DNA of 64,000 nt, from contig JAZQHP010000032.1 of NCBI GenBank assembly GCA_045540655.1, positions 1,801 through 65,800 of the forward strand, read 5' to 3'. Source of the stretch: Acutalibacteraceae bacterium. Its GTDB lineage: Bacteria > Bacillota > Clostridia > Oscillospirales > Acutalibacteraceae. Position 1 is the stretch's first letter, and each line of letters begins with the position of its first letter. Below the pieces are notes generated by a model that saw nothing but the letters and a program-made list of their open reading frames with translations, had not been told where the DNA came from and made no database searches. Both the position numbers and the translations under genes were made by a program. This document shows positions 9,217 through 19,424 of this stretch, one piece after another.

Positions 9217-10451
9217 ATCGCGTGCTTGTGATCGGCGGGGGAGCGGCAGGACTGCTCGCGGCCGGTACGGCGGCTATGTACGGTGCCGATGTGACGGTGA
9301 TGGAGCGTAATCCGCGTATGGCTCGCAAGGTCATGATCACGGGTAAAGGGCGCTGTAATGTTACAAACGCGACGGATATTCAGGGCTTGATTGCCCATAT
9401 TCCTACCAATGCACGCTTTTTGTACAGTGCTTTTTCTTCGTTTGACAGCGACGATATCCGTGCGCTTTTGGAGGAACACGGTGTAGAAACCAAAGTGGAA
9501 CGCGGTAACCGCGTATTTCCGATATCCGATAAAGCGGTGGATGTGGTGGATGCGCTGGTGTCTTTTGCCCGTACGTTCGGCGTGCAATTTGTTCAAGCGA
9601 GAGCTACCTCTCTGGTCTTGGATGCCGGCGTTTGTAAAGGCGTCGTCGATGAAACCGGTAAAACCTGGGAAGCAGACTGTGTTGCTGTTTGTACAGGGGG
9701 TGCATCCTATCCCCAAACGGGCTCGACCGGCGACGGATATACACTGGCGCAACAGGCAGGACACACGATTACACCGATTTTTCCGTCCCTTGTGCCGCTT
9801 TGCACCAAAGAATACGACAGCACCTCTATGCAAGGGTTGTCATTGCGCAATGTTGTTTTGACGGCGATCGATACCGTTTCCGACAAAGTTGTGTTTGAAG
9901 AAATGGGTGAGATGATGTTCACACACTTCGGCGTGACGGGTCCGCTGGTGCTCAGTGCATCGGCGCATCTGCGCCCGATGCAGGCGGAACGGTATGTCTT
10001 GCGGATCGATCTGAAACCGGCATTGTCCGATCAACAACTGGATGAACGCTTGTTGCGTGAATTGGCGTCGCATCAGAACGCGACTGTCGGCACAATGCTC
10101 GGCACGCTGGTACCGCGTTCGATGATTTCGGTGGTGGCAACACGCGTCGGTTTACCGATGGGGTTACCGTGTCATTCGGTCACAAAAGAGCAGCGGCAAC
10201 GGTTGCTCCGCATGCTCAAGTGCTTCTCGCTGACGGTAACCGATTTTCGTCCGCTCTCCGAAGCCATTGTGACCTCAGGCGGGGTGGACGTAAAAGAAGT
10301 GTCGTCCAAAACCATGGAATCCAGGCTGGTCTCGGGCTTGTATTTTGCCGGCGAAGTACTGGATGTGGATGCATATACCGGAGGCTTTAATCTCCAGATC
10401 GCCTTTTCTACAGGTGTCGCTGCAGGGCGCGCCATGGCATGTGAATACTAA
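9213..10451 (+). CDS. HI0933/BaiN-like NAD(P)/FAD-dependent flavoprotein
   Basis: Dinucleotide fold VLVIGGGAAGLLAAG, C-terminal GLYFAGEVLDVDAYTGGFNLQ. Start overlaps the rpiR stop (ATGA). Confidence 0.85.
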   Translation: MNRVLVIGGGAAGLLAAGTAAMYGADVTVMERNPRMARKVMITGKGRCNVTNATDIQGLIAHIPTNARFLYSAFSSFDSDDIRALLEEHGVETKVERGNRVFPISDKAVDVVDALVSFARTFGVQFVQARATSLVLDAGVCKGVVDETGKTWEADCVAVCTGGASYPQTGSTGDGYTLAQQAGHTITPIFPSLVPLCTKEYDSTSMQGLSLRNVVLTAIDTVSDKVVFEEMGEMMFTHFGVTGPLVLSASAHLRPMQAERYVLRIDLKPALSDQQLDERLLRELASHQNATVGTMLGTLVPRSMISVVATRVGLPMGLPCHSVTKEQRQRLLRMLKCFSLTVTDFRPLSEAIVTSGGVDVKEVSSKTMESRLVSGLYFAGEVLDVDAYTGGFNLQIAFSTGVAAGRAMACEY

Positions 10452-10467
10452 CAGAGGAGTGAGTTTG

Positions 10468-11157
10468 TTGGCTTCGTTGAATCCGACTGTTATGGCGGTT
10501 GCCATCGACGGACCGAGTGGTGCGGGAAAAAGCACCATTGCTCGTATTTTAGCAAAAGAACTTCATTATATTTACGTGGATACCGGTGCACTGTATCGCG
10601 CGGTCGGTCTTTCGGTGCTGAAAAAAGGCATCAATCCGACCGATGCGATCCTGGTGGAAGCGTTGCTGCCGACCCTGAAGGTAGAACTGCGATACGATGA
10701 GCAGGGTGAGCAACGCGTAATGGTGAACGGAGAAGACGTCACCGCGGACATCCGTACACCGGCCGTTTCGCAAGCCGCTTCCACTGTATCGGCCATTCCG
10801 TCGGTCCGACGCTTCTTATTCTCACTTCAGCAGGATATTGCCAAAACGCATTCGGTCATCATGGACGGTCGTGACATCGGTACGGTTGTGTTGCCGCACG
10901 CCAAAGTAAAGATTTTCCTGACAGCCGGGGTGGAGGATCGTGCTCGCCGTCGCTTTGAAGAATTGATTGCCAAAGGTATGGATGTTACCTATGAGCAGGT
11001 GCTTGCCGATATGATTGAACGCGACACCCGTGACAGCGAGCGCGCTGCCGCGCCGCTCAAAGCGGCTGACGACGCGATTTGTGTGGACACAAGCGGCAAT
11101 ACCTTGGAACAATCGGTCGCGTTGTTGCGCGGTATTATTGAGGAGCATATACTATGA
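10468..11157 (+). CDS. cmk: Cytidylate kinase
   Basis: P-loop AIDGPSGAGKST, DTGALYRA, DGRDIGTVV. AGAGGAG RBS precedes TTG 10465/10468. ATG 10492 has no RBS. The upstream part of ORF 10345.. overlaps the flavoprotein gene. Confidence 0.9.
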   Translation: MASLNPTVMAVAIDGPSGAGKSTIARILAKELHYIYVDTGALYRAVGLSVLKKGINPTDAILVEALLPTLKVELRYDEQGEQRVMVNGEDVTADIRTPAVSQAASTVSAIPSVRRFLFSLQQDIAKTHSVIMDGRDIGTVVLPHAKVKIFLTAGVEDRARRRFEELIAKGMDVTYEQVLADMIERDTRDSERAAAPLKAADDAICVDTSGNTLEQSVALLRGIIEEHIL

Positions 11158-11774
11158 AACATTCATTTGGCATTCGATTCGGTCGGGCGTTACTGATCAT
11201 TTTCCGTCCGCTGATTTGGTTGCTTTTACCTCATAAAATTATAGGACGGGAGAAACTGCATACCGATCAATCGGTTATCGTTTGCTGTAATCATATTTCG
11301 GCCTTTGATCCGGTGTTGTTGCTGGTTGCTTCACGCTATCCTATCTATTTTATGGGCAAGGACTCGCTGTTTAAAAATAAACTGGCAGGTTATGTTCTGT
11401 CGCACTGGTTCGGCGTGTTTCCCGTGTCGCGCGGGCACAATGACTCGTCGGCGATCAATCGCGCCTTTCAGGTGCTGGAGCATGAAACGGCACTGGGTAT
11501 TTTCCCGGAAGGCACGCGGTCGAAGGACGGCACTCTCGGTGCCGCCAAATCCGGGGCAGCTTTGATTGCGGCAAAATCGAACGCATCGATCATTCCGTGT
11601 GCGTTGATTCCGTCGAAAGGACCGCGGACGTTTTTATCCAAAACGACCGTAGTCATCGGCGATGCTCTTACGCCTGAAGAATTACACCTGAAGCAGGATC
11701 GTCCCGATCTTCGCTTTGCATCGCGCACCATCATGGCGACTATTGCCGATATGATGGAGGAGCATCGCGTATGA
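11154..11774 (+). CDS. plsC: 1-acyl-sn-glycerol-3-phosphate acyltransferase
   Basis: HX4D motif NHISAFDP and FPEGTRS motif. ATGA overlap with cmk. Confidence 0.85.
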   Translation: MKHSFGIRFGRALLIIFRPLIWLLLPHKIIGREKLHTDQSVIVCCNHISAFDPVLLLVASRYPIYFMGKDSLFKNKLAGYVLSHWFGVFPVSRGHNDSSAINRAFQVLEHETALGIFPEGTRSKDGTLGAAKSGAALIAAKSNASIIPCALIPSKGPRTFLSKTTVVIGDALTPEELHLKQDRPDLRFASRTIMATIADMMEEHRV

Positions 11775-13801
11775 GTACGATTACTTTAGCCAAAACAGCC
11801 GGGTTTTGTTTTGGTGTCAACCGTGCTGTTGAACAACTGAACGCTCTTCTGGACAAGGGGGCGCACGTCTGCACATTGGGTCCGATCATTCATAATCCGC
11901 AGGTGGTGCAGAGCTTTGCGTCACGCGGTGTGCGCATTGTTTCGTCTCCGTCGGAAGTGCAGGACGGAGAAATCATGGTTATCCGATCGCACGGCGTTGC
12001 ACGGGGAGTGTACGAGGAGGCTGAGCGCCTCGGCGTTGAGATTTGCGATATGACATGTCCGTTTGTCGCAAAAATCCATCGGCTGGTACGGGATCACACA
12101 GCGAACGGTGCGGTAGCGTTAATTGCCGGAGATGAACATCACCCCGAAGTGATCGGCATCCGCGGGCACTGTGTCGGACCGTCCTTCGTTTTTTCGGACG
12201 AAAAGGAATTGGAAAGCCTGACAAAAACAGATGCTTTTCGCGAAATTACCGCAAATTTTCCGATCGTCATGGTGGCTCAAACGACGTTTCGGATGAAAAC
12301 TTGGGAAAAATCCGTAAAATTTGCAAAAAAACACTATACAAATCTTTTTCTTTTTGATACAATATGTAATGCGACCGCCGAAAGGCAGGGGGAAGCCCGG
12401 GCACTTTCTGCGCGAAGCGATCTGATGGTTATTGTCGGAGGACGTCAAAGTTCCAACACCGCCAAGTTGCGGGATGTATGCGCATCCCACTGCCCGACGG
12501 TGCTGGTGGAAACCGCTGAAGAATTGCAGGGGACAGATTTTTCGTCGTTTGCAAGAATCGGCATTACTGCCGGAGCATCGACGCCCGACGATATTATAAA
12601 GGAGGTACTATACACCATGTCTGAAAATGTCAACAACGAAATTACTACACCGGTGGAGGCGGCGACGGTCTCGGATGAGATGAGCTTTGAAGAGGCGCTG
12701 AACGTCACGTTCCCGGAATCTCAATTGAAAGAGGATACCAGCAGAGTTCGCGGCATCGTCACGGCGATTTCTCCGAACGAAGTGCAGGTGGAAGTTATCG
12801 GCCGCAAGCAAACCGGTTACATTCCTGCGGATGAGCTGTCCGCGGATCCGAATGCGGTTCCCGAGGATCTGGTGAAGATCGGCGACGAGCTGGAACTGCT
12901 GATCATGCGCACCAACGATCAGGAAGGCACCATCATGCTGTCCAAAAAACGTATTGATTCCCTCAAGGGTTGGGATACGATTGTTGCCGCCGAACAGAGC
13001 GGTGATATTCTGGAAGGCACCGTTACCGACGTGATCAAAGGCGGTATCCTTGTCGTGTCCAACGGCGTGCGCGTGTTTGTTCCCGCGTCTCAGGCGAGTG
13101 CATCCCGTCTGGACGACCTTTCCGTGCTTCTCAAGACGAACGTGAAATTCCGCGTGATCGAAGTGAACACCTCCCGCCGTCGCGCGGTGGGCTCTGTCCG
13201 TTCGGTGGCCCGTGAGGCTCGCCGCGAGCAGGAAGAAGCGTTCTGGTCGCAGGCGGCTGTCGGTCAGACCTACACCGGTACGGTGAAGTCGCTGACTTCC
13301 TACGGTGCGTTCGTCGACATCGGCGGCGTGGACGGCATGGTCCACATCTCCGAGCTGTCCTGGAAGCGCGTGAAGCATCCGTCCGAAGTGGTTGCTGTGG
13401 GCGACGTGATTGAAGTCTACATCCGCGATCTCGATGCGGAGAAGAAGAAGATCTCCCTCGGCTATCGCAAGAACGAAGACAATCCGTGGGAAATCTTCAA
13501 GGCAAACTACGAAGTTGGTTCTGTTGTGACTGCGAAGATCGTCGGCATGACCGCTTTCGGTGCGTTTGCACAGATCCTGCCCGGCGTGGATGGTCTTATT
13601 CACATTTCGCAGATTGCGAACCGCCGCGTGGAGAAGCCGCAGGACGAGTTGTCTGTCGGTCAGGAAGTGCAGGTTAAGATCACGAACGTGGATTACGATT
13701 CCAAGCGTATCAGCCTGTCGATCCGCGCTCTGCTTGAGCCCGAAGCTCCCGCCGAAGAGGAAGCCGCGGTTGAAGCGACCGAAGAGACTGTCGAAGAGTA
13801 A
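11771..13801 (+). CDS. ispH: Bifunctional 4-hydroxy-3-methylbut-2-enyl diphosphate reductase / ribosomal protein S1
   Basis: N-terminal LytB/IspH (about 280 aa, conserved Cys in CFGV, CPFV, ICNAT) fused in one frame to four S1 repeats (for example [27 protein letters not shown]). Confidence 0.92.
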   Translation: MSTITLAKTAGFCFGVNRAVEQLNALLDKGAHVCTLGPIIHNPQVVQSFASRGVRIVSSPSEVQDGEIMVIRSHGVARGVYEEAERLGVEICDMTCPFVAKIHRLVRDHTANGAVALIAGDEHHPEVIGIRGHCVGPSFVFSDEKELESLTKTDAFREITANFPIVMVAQTTFRMKTWEKSVKFAKKHYTNLFLFDTICNATAERQGEARALSARSDLMVIVGGRQSSNTAKLRDVCASHCPTVLVETAEELQGTDFSSFARIGITAGASTPDDIIKEVLYTMSENVNNEITTPVEAATVSDEMSFEEALNVTFPESQLKEDTSRVRGIVTAISPNEVQVEVIGRKQTGYIPADELSADPNAVPEDLVKIGDELELLIMRTNDQEGTIMLSKKRIDSLKGWDTIVAAEQSGDILEGTVTDVIKGGILVVSNGVRVFVPASQASASRLDDLSVLLKTNVKFRVIEVNTSRRRAVGSVRSVAREARREQEEAFWSQAAVGQTYTGTVKSLTSYGAFVDIGGVDGMVHISELSWKRVKHPSEVVAVGDVIEVYIRDLDAEKKKISLGYRKNEDNPWEIFKANYEVGSVVTAKIVGMTAFGAFAQILPGVDGLIHISQIANRRVEKPQDELSVGQEVQVKITNVDYDSKRISLSIRALLEPEAPAEEEAAVEATEETVEE

Positions 13802-13811
13802 TTGTTTTAAA

Positions 13812-13846
13812 ACAGTAGTCCGTATGTTGCGGACTACTGTTTTTTT
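13812..13846 (+). terminator. Rho-independent terminator after ispH/rpsA
   Basis: 11-bp perfect stem ACAGTAGTCCG / CGGACTACTGT with a 7-nt loop and a T6 tract. Confidence 0.9.
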
Positions 13847-13854
13847 GTGCATTT

Positions 13855-13887
13855 TTTGACCTTATTAGACCTTGACTTTCTTTGACC
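13855..13887. promoter_or_regulatory. Two abutting CtsR operators in the ctsR operon promoter region
   Basis: On the - strand, 13871-13855 reads GGTCTAATAAGGTCAAA and 13887-13871 reads GGTCAAAGAAAGTCAAG. Both fit the CtsR heptad direct repeat (A/G)GTCAAANAN(A/G)GTCAAA. TATAAT lies at 13900-13905. Confidence 0.85.
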
Positions 13888-13920
13888 TTTGTGCTACATT
13901 ATAATCAAGGAGGGATAAAT

Positions 13921-14409
13921 ATGCGTATGAGCGATGTCATAGCGTCGTATATTATAGACAGTTTCGCATCTGCGACAGATGATTTTGTGGAATTGCAACG
14001 CAATTCCCTGGCCGTTCAGATCGGATGCTCTCCAAGTCAGATCAATTATGTTTTAAGTTCCCGCTTCACGCCGGAACAAGGGTATCTGGTGGAAAGTCGC
14101 CGCGGCGGCGGTGGGTATATCCGCATACAACGCGTACGCTTCACCACGCAACCGTCGGTGCTGATGCATGTTATCAACGCGCTGGATGATGCCGTGACAG
14201 AAACAGCGGCAATCGCTGTGATCCAAAACCTGAACAGCGAAGGCTGGATTCAGCCGCAAACGGCATACGCCATGCTGGGAGCGGTTTCGGACCGGGCACT
14301 GCAGTGTATACCGCCGCACAGTCGCGACAGTGTACGAGCATCTCTTATGAAGCACATGCTTGCGTCCGTATTGATTCATCAAAAAGCAGAAAGGAAGGAT
14401 GCGGAATGA
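13921..14409 (+). CDS. ctsR: Class III stress gene repressor CtsR
   Basis: MSDVIASYI...QIGCSPSQINYVLSSRFTPEQGYLVESRRGGGGYIRI is the CtsR hallmark. AAGGAGGG RBS lies before ATG 13921. Confidence 0.9.
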   Translation: MRMSDVIASYIIDSFASATDDFVELQRNSLAVQIGCSPSQINYVLSSRFTPEQGYLVESRRGGGGYIRIQRVRFTTQPSVLMHVINALDDAVTETAAIAVIQNLNSEGWIQPQTAYAMLGAVSDRALQCIPPHSRDSVRASLMKHMLASVLIHQKAERKDAE

Positions 14410-14894
14410 TTTGCCGTCTTTGCGGGATGCGCCCGGCGGTGACTGCGATTACACACAGTGCTGATGGGCAAACCGAAACCGTACCCGTTTGTCAGTCGTG
14501 TGCTGTTACGGCGGCAGTAGGTGCTTTCGGACCGAATTACTGGCTGGACACTACCGTCACGGAACACAATCGATCGATGTCGGTGAAACGGTGTCCGACC
14601 TGTTCTTTGACCTACCGCGATATTGTTGAATCGGGACGCGTCGGTTGCCCTGACTGTTATAAAACCTTTTCGGAACAACTGGCATCTTCTGTCAAACGCC
14701 TTCACGGACAGGTGGTCCACATCGGTCGAAAAGGGTGTGCCGCTTCGGCTGATGTGATGGCAGAGGACCGTTTGAAGGAACTTCGCAACGAACTGCGTCT
14801 GGCACTGGAACAGGAGCAATATGAGCGCTGTGCGTTGTTGCGCGATCAGATCCGTGCATTAGAGGAAGGCGGTGTCGGTCATGAGCTTGCATGA
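14406..14894 (+). CDS. mcsA: McsA (UvrB/UvrC-motif protein, activator of arginine kinase McsB)
   Basis: CxxC pairs (CRLCG, CQSC, CPTC, CPDC) and a C-terminal UVR motif LEQEQYERCALLRDQIRALE. ATGA overlap with ctsR. Confidence 0.85.
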   Translation: MICRLCGMRPAVTAITHSADGQTETVPVCQSCAVTAAVGAFGPNYWLDTTVTEHNRSMSVKRCPTCSLTYRDIVESGRVGCPDCYKTFSEQLASSVKRLHGQVVHIGRKGCAASADVMAEDRLKELRNELRLALEQEQYERCALLRDQIRALEEGGVGHELA

Positions 14895-15888
14895 GTATGC
14901 TTCGTATGTGATCAGCGGTCGTATCAGACTCGCCAGAAATCTTATGCACACACCATTTCCGTCCCGTTGTTCCACCGGGCAGAGAGAGGCTGTATTGAAA
15001 AAGGTGGAACAGGCACTTGTCTCCATCGATCATATTTCGTTTCGACGGGTTACGCTGGATACACTATCCGATGCACAGACGTTGTCGCTTGTGGAAAAAC
15101 ATCTGATCAGTAAGGAGTTTGCATCCCAATCGCATGCCGTGGCGCTGATTTCTTCGGATGACAGCATCAGTATCATGGTCAACGAAGAAGATCATTTGCG
15201 CATTCAGTTTCTCTGCGACGGTCTGCATCTTTCGGAAACATACCGTTTAGCCGCCTATCTGGATCAGACACTGGACGAACAGTTGGCGTTTGCGTTTGAT
15301 GAACAATGGGGTTTTTTAACGCAATGTCCGACCAATCTCGGAACGGGATTGCGGGCATCGGTTATGTTGCATTTGCCGGCGTTACACGAAACAGGAGCGA
15401 TTCACAATGTGGCACAAGTAGTGCAAAAACTCGGTATCGCGATACGAGGGAGCTTCGGAGAGCGCTCGAAAGTTCACGGTGCCTTCTATCAGATTTCCAA
15501 TCAGACTACCCTCGGAATTTCGGAACAGGATGCAATTGAGCGCCTGGAAAATACGGTTGTACAGATTCTTGCTGAGGAACGGAAAGCACGCGCAAAACTG
15601 TTGGCGCAGGATACGTTCGAGGATCGTCTGTGGCGCGCCTACGGTGTGCTTCAGACGGCACGTCTGATTACGTGCGAAGAAGCCATTTCGTTGCTGTCCC
15701 TGGTGCGTCTCGGTGTGTGCGAAGGCATCTTCACTTCTTTATCTCTGGCAGATATTACGCGCCTGATGACAGAAATACAACCCGGATGCCTGATGGCATC
15801 GTCAGGCGAAGCGATGGATCCGTCGGTTCGTGATCGGCGTCGTGCAGAGATCGTGCGCATCGGCGTCGGTGGTATTCATAACAATTGA
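14881..15888 (+). CDS. mcsB: Protein arginine kinase McsB
   Basis: Guanidino-kinase signature FLTQCPTNLGTGLRASVMLHLP. GTG 14872 is an alternative start. Confidence 0.9.
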   Translation: MSLHEYASYVISGRIRLARNLMHTPFPSRCSTGQREAVLKKVEQALVSIDHISFRRVTLDTLSDAQTLSLVEKHLISKEFASQSHAVALISSDDSISIMVNEEDHLRIQFLCDGLHLSETYRLAAYLDQTLDEQLAFAFDEQWGFLTQCPTNLGTGLRASVMLHLPALHETGAIHNVAQVVQKLGIAIRGSFGERSKVHGAFYQISNQTTLGISEQDAIERLENTVVQILAEERKARAKLLAQDTFEDRLWRAYGVLQTARLITCEEAISLLSLVRLGVCEGIFTSLSLADITRLMTEIQPGCLMASSGEAMDPSVRDRRRAEIVRIGVGGIHNN

Positions 15889-15902
15889 AAGGTGGAACCG
15901 TT

Positions 15903-18404
15903 ATGTATCATTTTCATGGATTTTCCAAAGAAGCCAACATGGTTTTAAACGCTGTATTCCAGACAGCAGGAGAGCTCGGGCATACGTATATCGGCACGGA
16001 GCACATCATTCTGACGATGCTTCGTGCACAGGATATTTCCGTATCTCCTGTGTTTCAAAAAGCAGGGGTAGAAGCATCGAAATACGAACTGCTGTTGAAA
16101 AATTATATCCCCACCGGACATCCGACAACCCTTGAACATCACGATTTTACACCTCGTGCCCGTCGCGTGCTGGAACTGGCGCTTGCCAATGCTACGCGCA
16201 GTCAAAGTGTTCAGGCGGACACTCCACACATACTGATGGCGCTTCTCAACGACCGCGGCAGTGTAGCGGTGCGTTTACTGCGCCAATGCGGTGCGGATGT
16301 GGCGGCGATGTTGGAGGATGTACAGTCATCGTTCCGCAGCCACCGTCCGTCTTCGCCGCGACATTTGGGTCTGCGAGACGAATCCATGCGTGATGACGCG
16401 CGAAAGGAAGGCGACAATCACGATGCCGATAAAGGGGATCGGAAACAGGTAACACCGACACTGGATCAATACGGCAGAGATTTGTCCGAACTCGCCAAAC
16501 AAGATAAGCTCGATCCTGTCATCGGTCGCAGTCCCGAAATTCAGCGTGTAATCGAAATTTTATCCAGACGTACCAAAAATAACCCGTGCCTGATCGGCGA
16601 ACCAGGCGTCGGCAAAACAGCAATTGCCGAAGGCCTGGCACAGAAAATTGTGACAGGAGAAGTGCCGGAACTGCTCCGCGACAAACGCGTTGTCTCGCTG
16701 GATCTGATGGCAATGGTAGCCGGTGCACGGTATCGCGGTGATTTTGAAGAACGCATCAAAAACGTACTGGATGAAGTGAAAAAATCGCAGGATGTGATCT
16801 TGTTTATTGACGAGATTCATACGATTATTGGTGCAGGAGCGGGCGAGGGGACCATGGACGCCGCCAACATTCTTAAACCCAGCCTTGCGCGTGGTGAATT
16901 ACAGGTGATCGGCGCGACGACATTGGAAGAGTATCGACGTCATATCGAAAAGGATGCAGCGCTCGAACGCCGTTTTCAACCGGTCACGGTCGGCGAGCCG
17001 TCTGACGAGGATGCGGTTCAGATTCTTTTCGGACTGCGTGCCAGATATGAAGCCCATCACTGCGTAACCATTACGGATGAAGCGATTCGCGCGGCGGTGA
17101 AATTGTCGGATCGCTATATCGCCGATCGGTATCTTCCTGATAAAGCCATTGATCTGATCGACGAAGCGGCGGCGAAGGTGCGACTCAGAGAGTACGCTCC
17201 GCCGCAAAATCTGCGCGAAGCAGAAGAACACATCGAACAGATTTCGGCTGAAAAGGCAGAAGCGATCAACGCACAGGACTATGAACGTGCCGCTGAGCTT
17301 CGTGACGAGGAAGCGCGGGCACGCGAACAACTCGAACAGCTGAAAGAGCAGATCGGAGAGGTGGCGAACGGTACAGTCGGCGTTGTGACGGAAGAGGATG
17401 TCGCTCTTGTGCTTTCCGGCTGGGTCGGCATTCCTGTCAGTCGACTGACCGAGGAGGAAAGTGCACGGTTGCTGAATATGGAATCGATTCTGCATGAACG
17501 TCTGATCGGTCAGGAAGACGCCGTCAGCGCTGTTTCGCGCGCCATTCGCCGCGGTCGCGTCGGACTGAAAGATCCCAAACGCCCGATCGGTTCTTTTATC
17601 TTTATGGGACCGACCGGCGTCGGCAAAACAGAACTGTGCAAGGCGCTGGCTGAAGTCATGTTCGGTGACGAAAATGCCATGATTCGGCTGGATATGTCGG
17701 AATATATGGAAAAGCATACCGTGTCCCGTCTGGTCGGTTCGCCTCCCGGTTATGTCGGCTACGAAGACGGTGGTCAGCTGACCGAAAAAATCCGTCGCAA
17801 GCCGTATTCGGTGGTATTGTTTGATGAAATCGAAAAAGCACATCCTGACGTTTTCAATGTTCTTCTTCAGATTCTGGAAGACGGTATGATCACCGATGCG
17901 CAGGGACGACGAGTTGATTTCAAAAACACCGTGATTATCATGACTTCCAACGTCGGCGCCCGCCGCATGACACAGACGGCGGTTTCGTTTGGTTTTGCAG
18001 GTGAAGATTCCGCAAAAGCAGACGAGCTGGCGGTAAAAGAAAAAATGCTTGAGGATCTGAAACAGCTGTTCCGTCCCGAACTTCTCAATCGTATCGACGA
18101 AATCATTGTATTTAACAAGCTTTCGAAGGATGATATTGAAAAGATCGCCTCCAACATGCTTATTTCGCTGAATAAGCGGGTAGAAGATTTGTGCATGAGG
18201 TTGGAGGTAACTACAGACACTTTGGCGCGTATCGCGCAGATCGGCTATGATCCCGTATACGGTGCAAGACCGCTTCGCCGTGCCATTCAGACGAAGATCG
18301 AAGATCCGCTGGCCGAACATCTCCTTTCGGGTGTGTTCTCGTCAGGGGATACCATCCGTGTGGATGTAAAAGATGACGCATTTGTGTTTGAAAAAGCAGA
18401 ATGA
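15903..18404 (+). CDS. clpC: ATP-dependent Clp protease ATP-binding subunit ClpC
   Basis: Clp_N repeats, Walker [11 protein letters not shown] and [13 protein letters not shown] linker [26 protein letters not shown] precedes ATG 15903. Confidence 0.95.
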   Translation: MYHFHGFSKEANMVLNAVFQTAGELGHTYIGTEHIILTMLRAQDISVSPVFQKAGVEASKYELLLKNYIPTGHPTTLEHHDFTPRARRVLELALANATRSQSVQADTPHILMALLNDRGSVAVRLLRQCGADVAAMLEDVQSSFRSHRPSSPRHLGLRDESMRDDARKEGDNHDADKGDRKQVTPTLDQYGRDLSELAKQDKLDPVIGRSPEIQRVIEILSRRTKNNPCLIGEPGVGKTAIAEGLAQKIVTGEVPELLRDKRVVSLDLMAMVAGARYRGDFEERIKNVLDEVKKSQDVILFIDEIHTIIGAGAGEGTMDAANILKPSLARGELQVIGATTLEEYRRHIEKDAALERRFQPVTVGEPSDEDAVQILFGLRARYEAHHCVTITDEAIRAAVKLSDRYIADRYLPDKAIDLIDEAAAKVRLREYAPPQNLREAEEHIEQISAEKAEAINAQDYERAAELRDEEARAREQLEQLKEQIGEVANGTVGVVTEEDVALVLSGWVGIPVSRLTEEESARLLNMESILHERLIGQEDAVSAVSRAIRRGRVGLKDPKRPIGSFIFMGPTGVGKTELCKALAEVMFGDENAMIRLDMSEYMEKHTVSRLVGSPPGYVGYEDGGQLTEKIRRKPYSVVLFDEIEKAHPDVFNVLLQILEDGMITDAQGRRVDFKNTVIIMTSNVGARRMTQTAVSFGFAGEDSAKADELAVKEKMLEDLKQLFRPELLNRIDEIIVFNKLSKDDIEKIASNMLISLNKRVEDLCMRLEVTTDTLARIAQIGYDPVYGARPLRRAIQTKIEDPLAEHLLSGVFSSGDTIRVDVKDDAFVFEKAE

Positions 18405-18416
18405 ATACGGCGCGTG

Positions 18417-18453
18417 CACCCCTTTCTGTCAGACGGCAGGGAGGGGTGTTTTT
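18417..18453 (+). terminator. Rho-independent terminator after clpC
   Basis: Stem CACCCCT...AGGGGTG followed by T5. Confidence 0.75.
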
Positions 18454-18537
18454 GCGTACGATTGTTGCTTGATTTTTGATAACAGTTGTGCTAAAATAAA
18501 TATACGACAAATTTTTACCTTACAGGAGATGATCGTA

Positions 18538-19383
18538 GTGAAAAAAATCGGCTTTATTGATAACTACCTCGACGAGTGGCATGCCAATAATTACCCCGAG
18601 CTGCTCAAACGTATTGCAGGGGATGAGTTTTATGTGGCGTACGCTTACGCTCGCCAGGATGCACCGTCGGGCGTGACTACCGATGAGTGGTGTGCAAAAT
18701 TCGGCGTAGAGCGTGTCGATACCATCGAAGAACTGGTAGAGAAGAGTGACTGCATCATTGTGCTGTCTCCTGATCACCCGCAGTATCACGAGGAACTTTG
18801 CGCTGTACCGCTCGCCTCGGGCAAACGTTGCTATGTGGACAAGACGTTTGCGCCCGACACGGCGACCGCCAAACGTATTTTTGCGAACGCCAACGCACAT
18901 AATACACCTGTATTCTCCTCGTCGGCGCTTCGTTTTTCGGATGAAGTGATGGCACAGACGGTCAAACCCGAAGAAATCGATCACATGACGGTGATCGCCA
19001 ACGGTGATACGGAAATCTACCTGATTCATATGATTGAACCGATGGTAGCTCTGATGGGCTATAACGCATCACGCATCATGTTTGTCGGTACTGAGCTGTC
19101 TCCGGCGTGGGTGCTCGAGTTTGATGACGGTCGCAAGGTCAACCTGACGCTGTATCATAATGCCCATTCCTGGTATTTCCGCATTCAGAAGAAGGACGGC
19201 GACGTGCTGGTTATTCCTGAGTGCAACCGTTTCTTTGACTCGTTCTTCGAGCAACTGGTGGATTTCTTCCGCACCGGCGACGTAAAAGTGGACCAAAAGC
19301 AAACCATTGCCGTGATCGAGATCCGTGCCAAAGCGCTCGAAGCGATGAAAACACCGTATGCCTGGCTGCCGATCGAGATGTAA
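18538..19383 (+). CDS. Gfo/Idh/MocA-like protein (atypical N-terminus)
   Basis: KKIGFIDNYLDEWHANNYPELL... has the layout of a Rossmann-like N-domain plus an alpha/beta C-domain. GTG 18538 lies 7 nt after AGGAG. Confidence 0.6.
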   Translation: MKKIGFIDNYLDEWHANNYPELLKRIAGDEFYVAYAYARQDAPSGVTTDEWCAKFGVERVDTIEELVEKSDCIIVLSPDHPQYHEELCAVPLASGKRCYVDKTFAPDTATAKRIFANANAHNTPVFSSSALRFSDEVMAQTVKPEEIDHMTVIANGDTEIYLIHMIEPMVALMGYNASRIMFVGTELSPAWVLEFDDGRKVNLTLYHNAHSWYFRIQKKDGDVLVIPECNRFFDSFFEQLVDFFRTGDVKVDQKQTIAVIEIRAKALEAMKTPYAWLPIEM

Positions 19384-19424
19384 ATTTCCCGTCGGTCATA
19401 AATGTGGAGAGGAGGTCGTAAACC

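Noticed and set aside
12608-13852. Very long ORFs antisense to conserved genes. Examples: 12608-13852(-) opposite S1, 16899-18320(-) opposite clpC, 31267-33144(-) opposite gdpP, 37374-38927(-) opposite ftsH, 39018-39893(+) opposite nagB, 43420-44562(+) opposite the yesL-like gene, 45965-46888(+) opposite tgt, 48531-49532(-) and 49526-50587(-) opposite asd/dapA, 51528-52514(+) opposite lysA, and 60155-61504(+) opposite thrC.
   Set aside because: Each one mirrors a gene with unmistakable family motifs on the other strand. Their translations are Arg/His/Gly/Phe-rich low-complexity strings with no recognisable motif. None has a convincing RBS. Such shadow ORFs are expected in mid/high-GC coding DNA because stop codons are depleted on the antisense strand.
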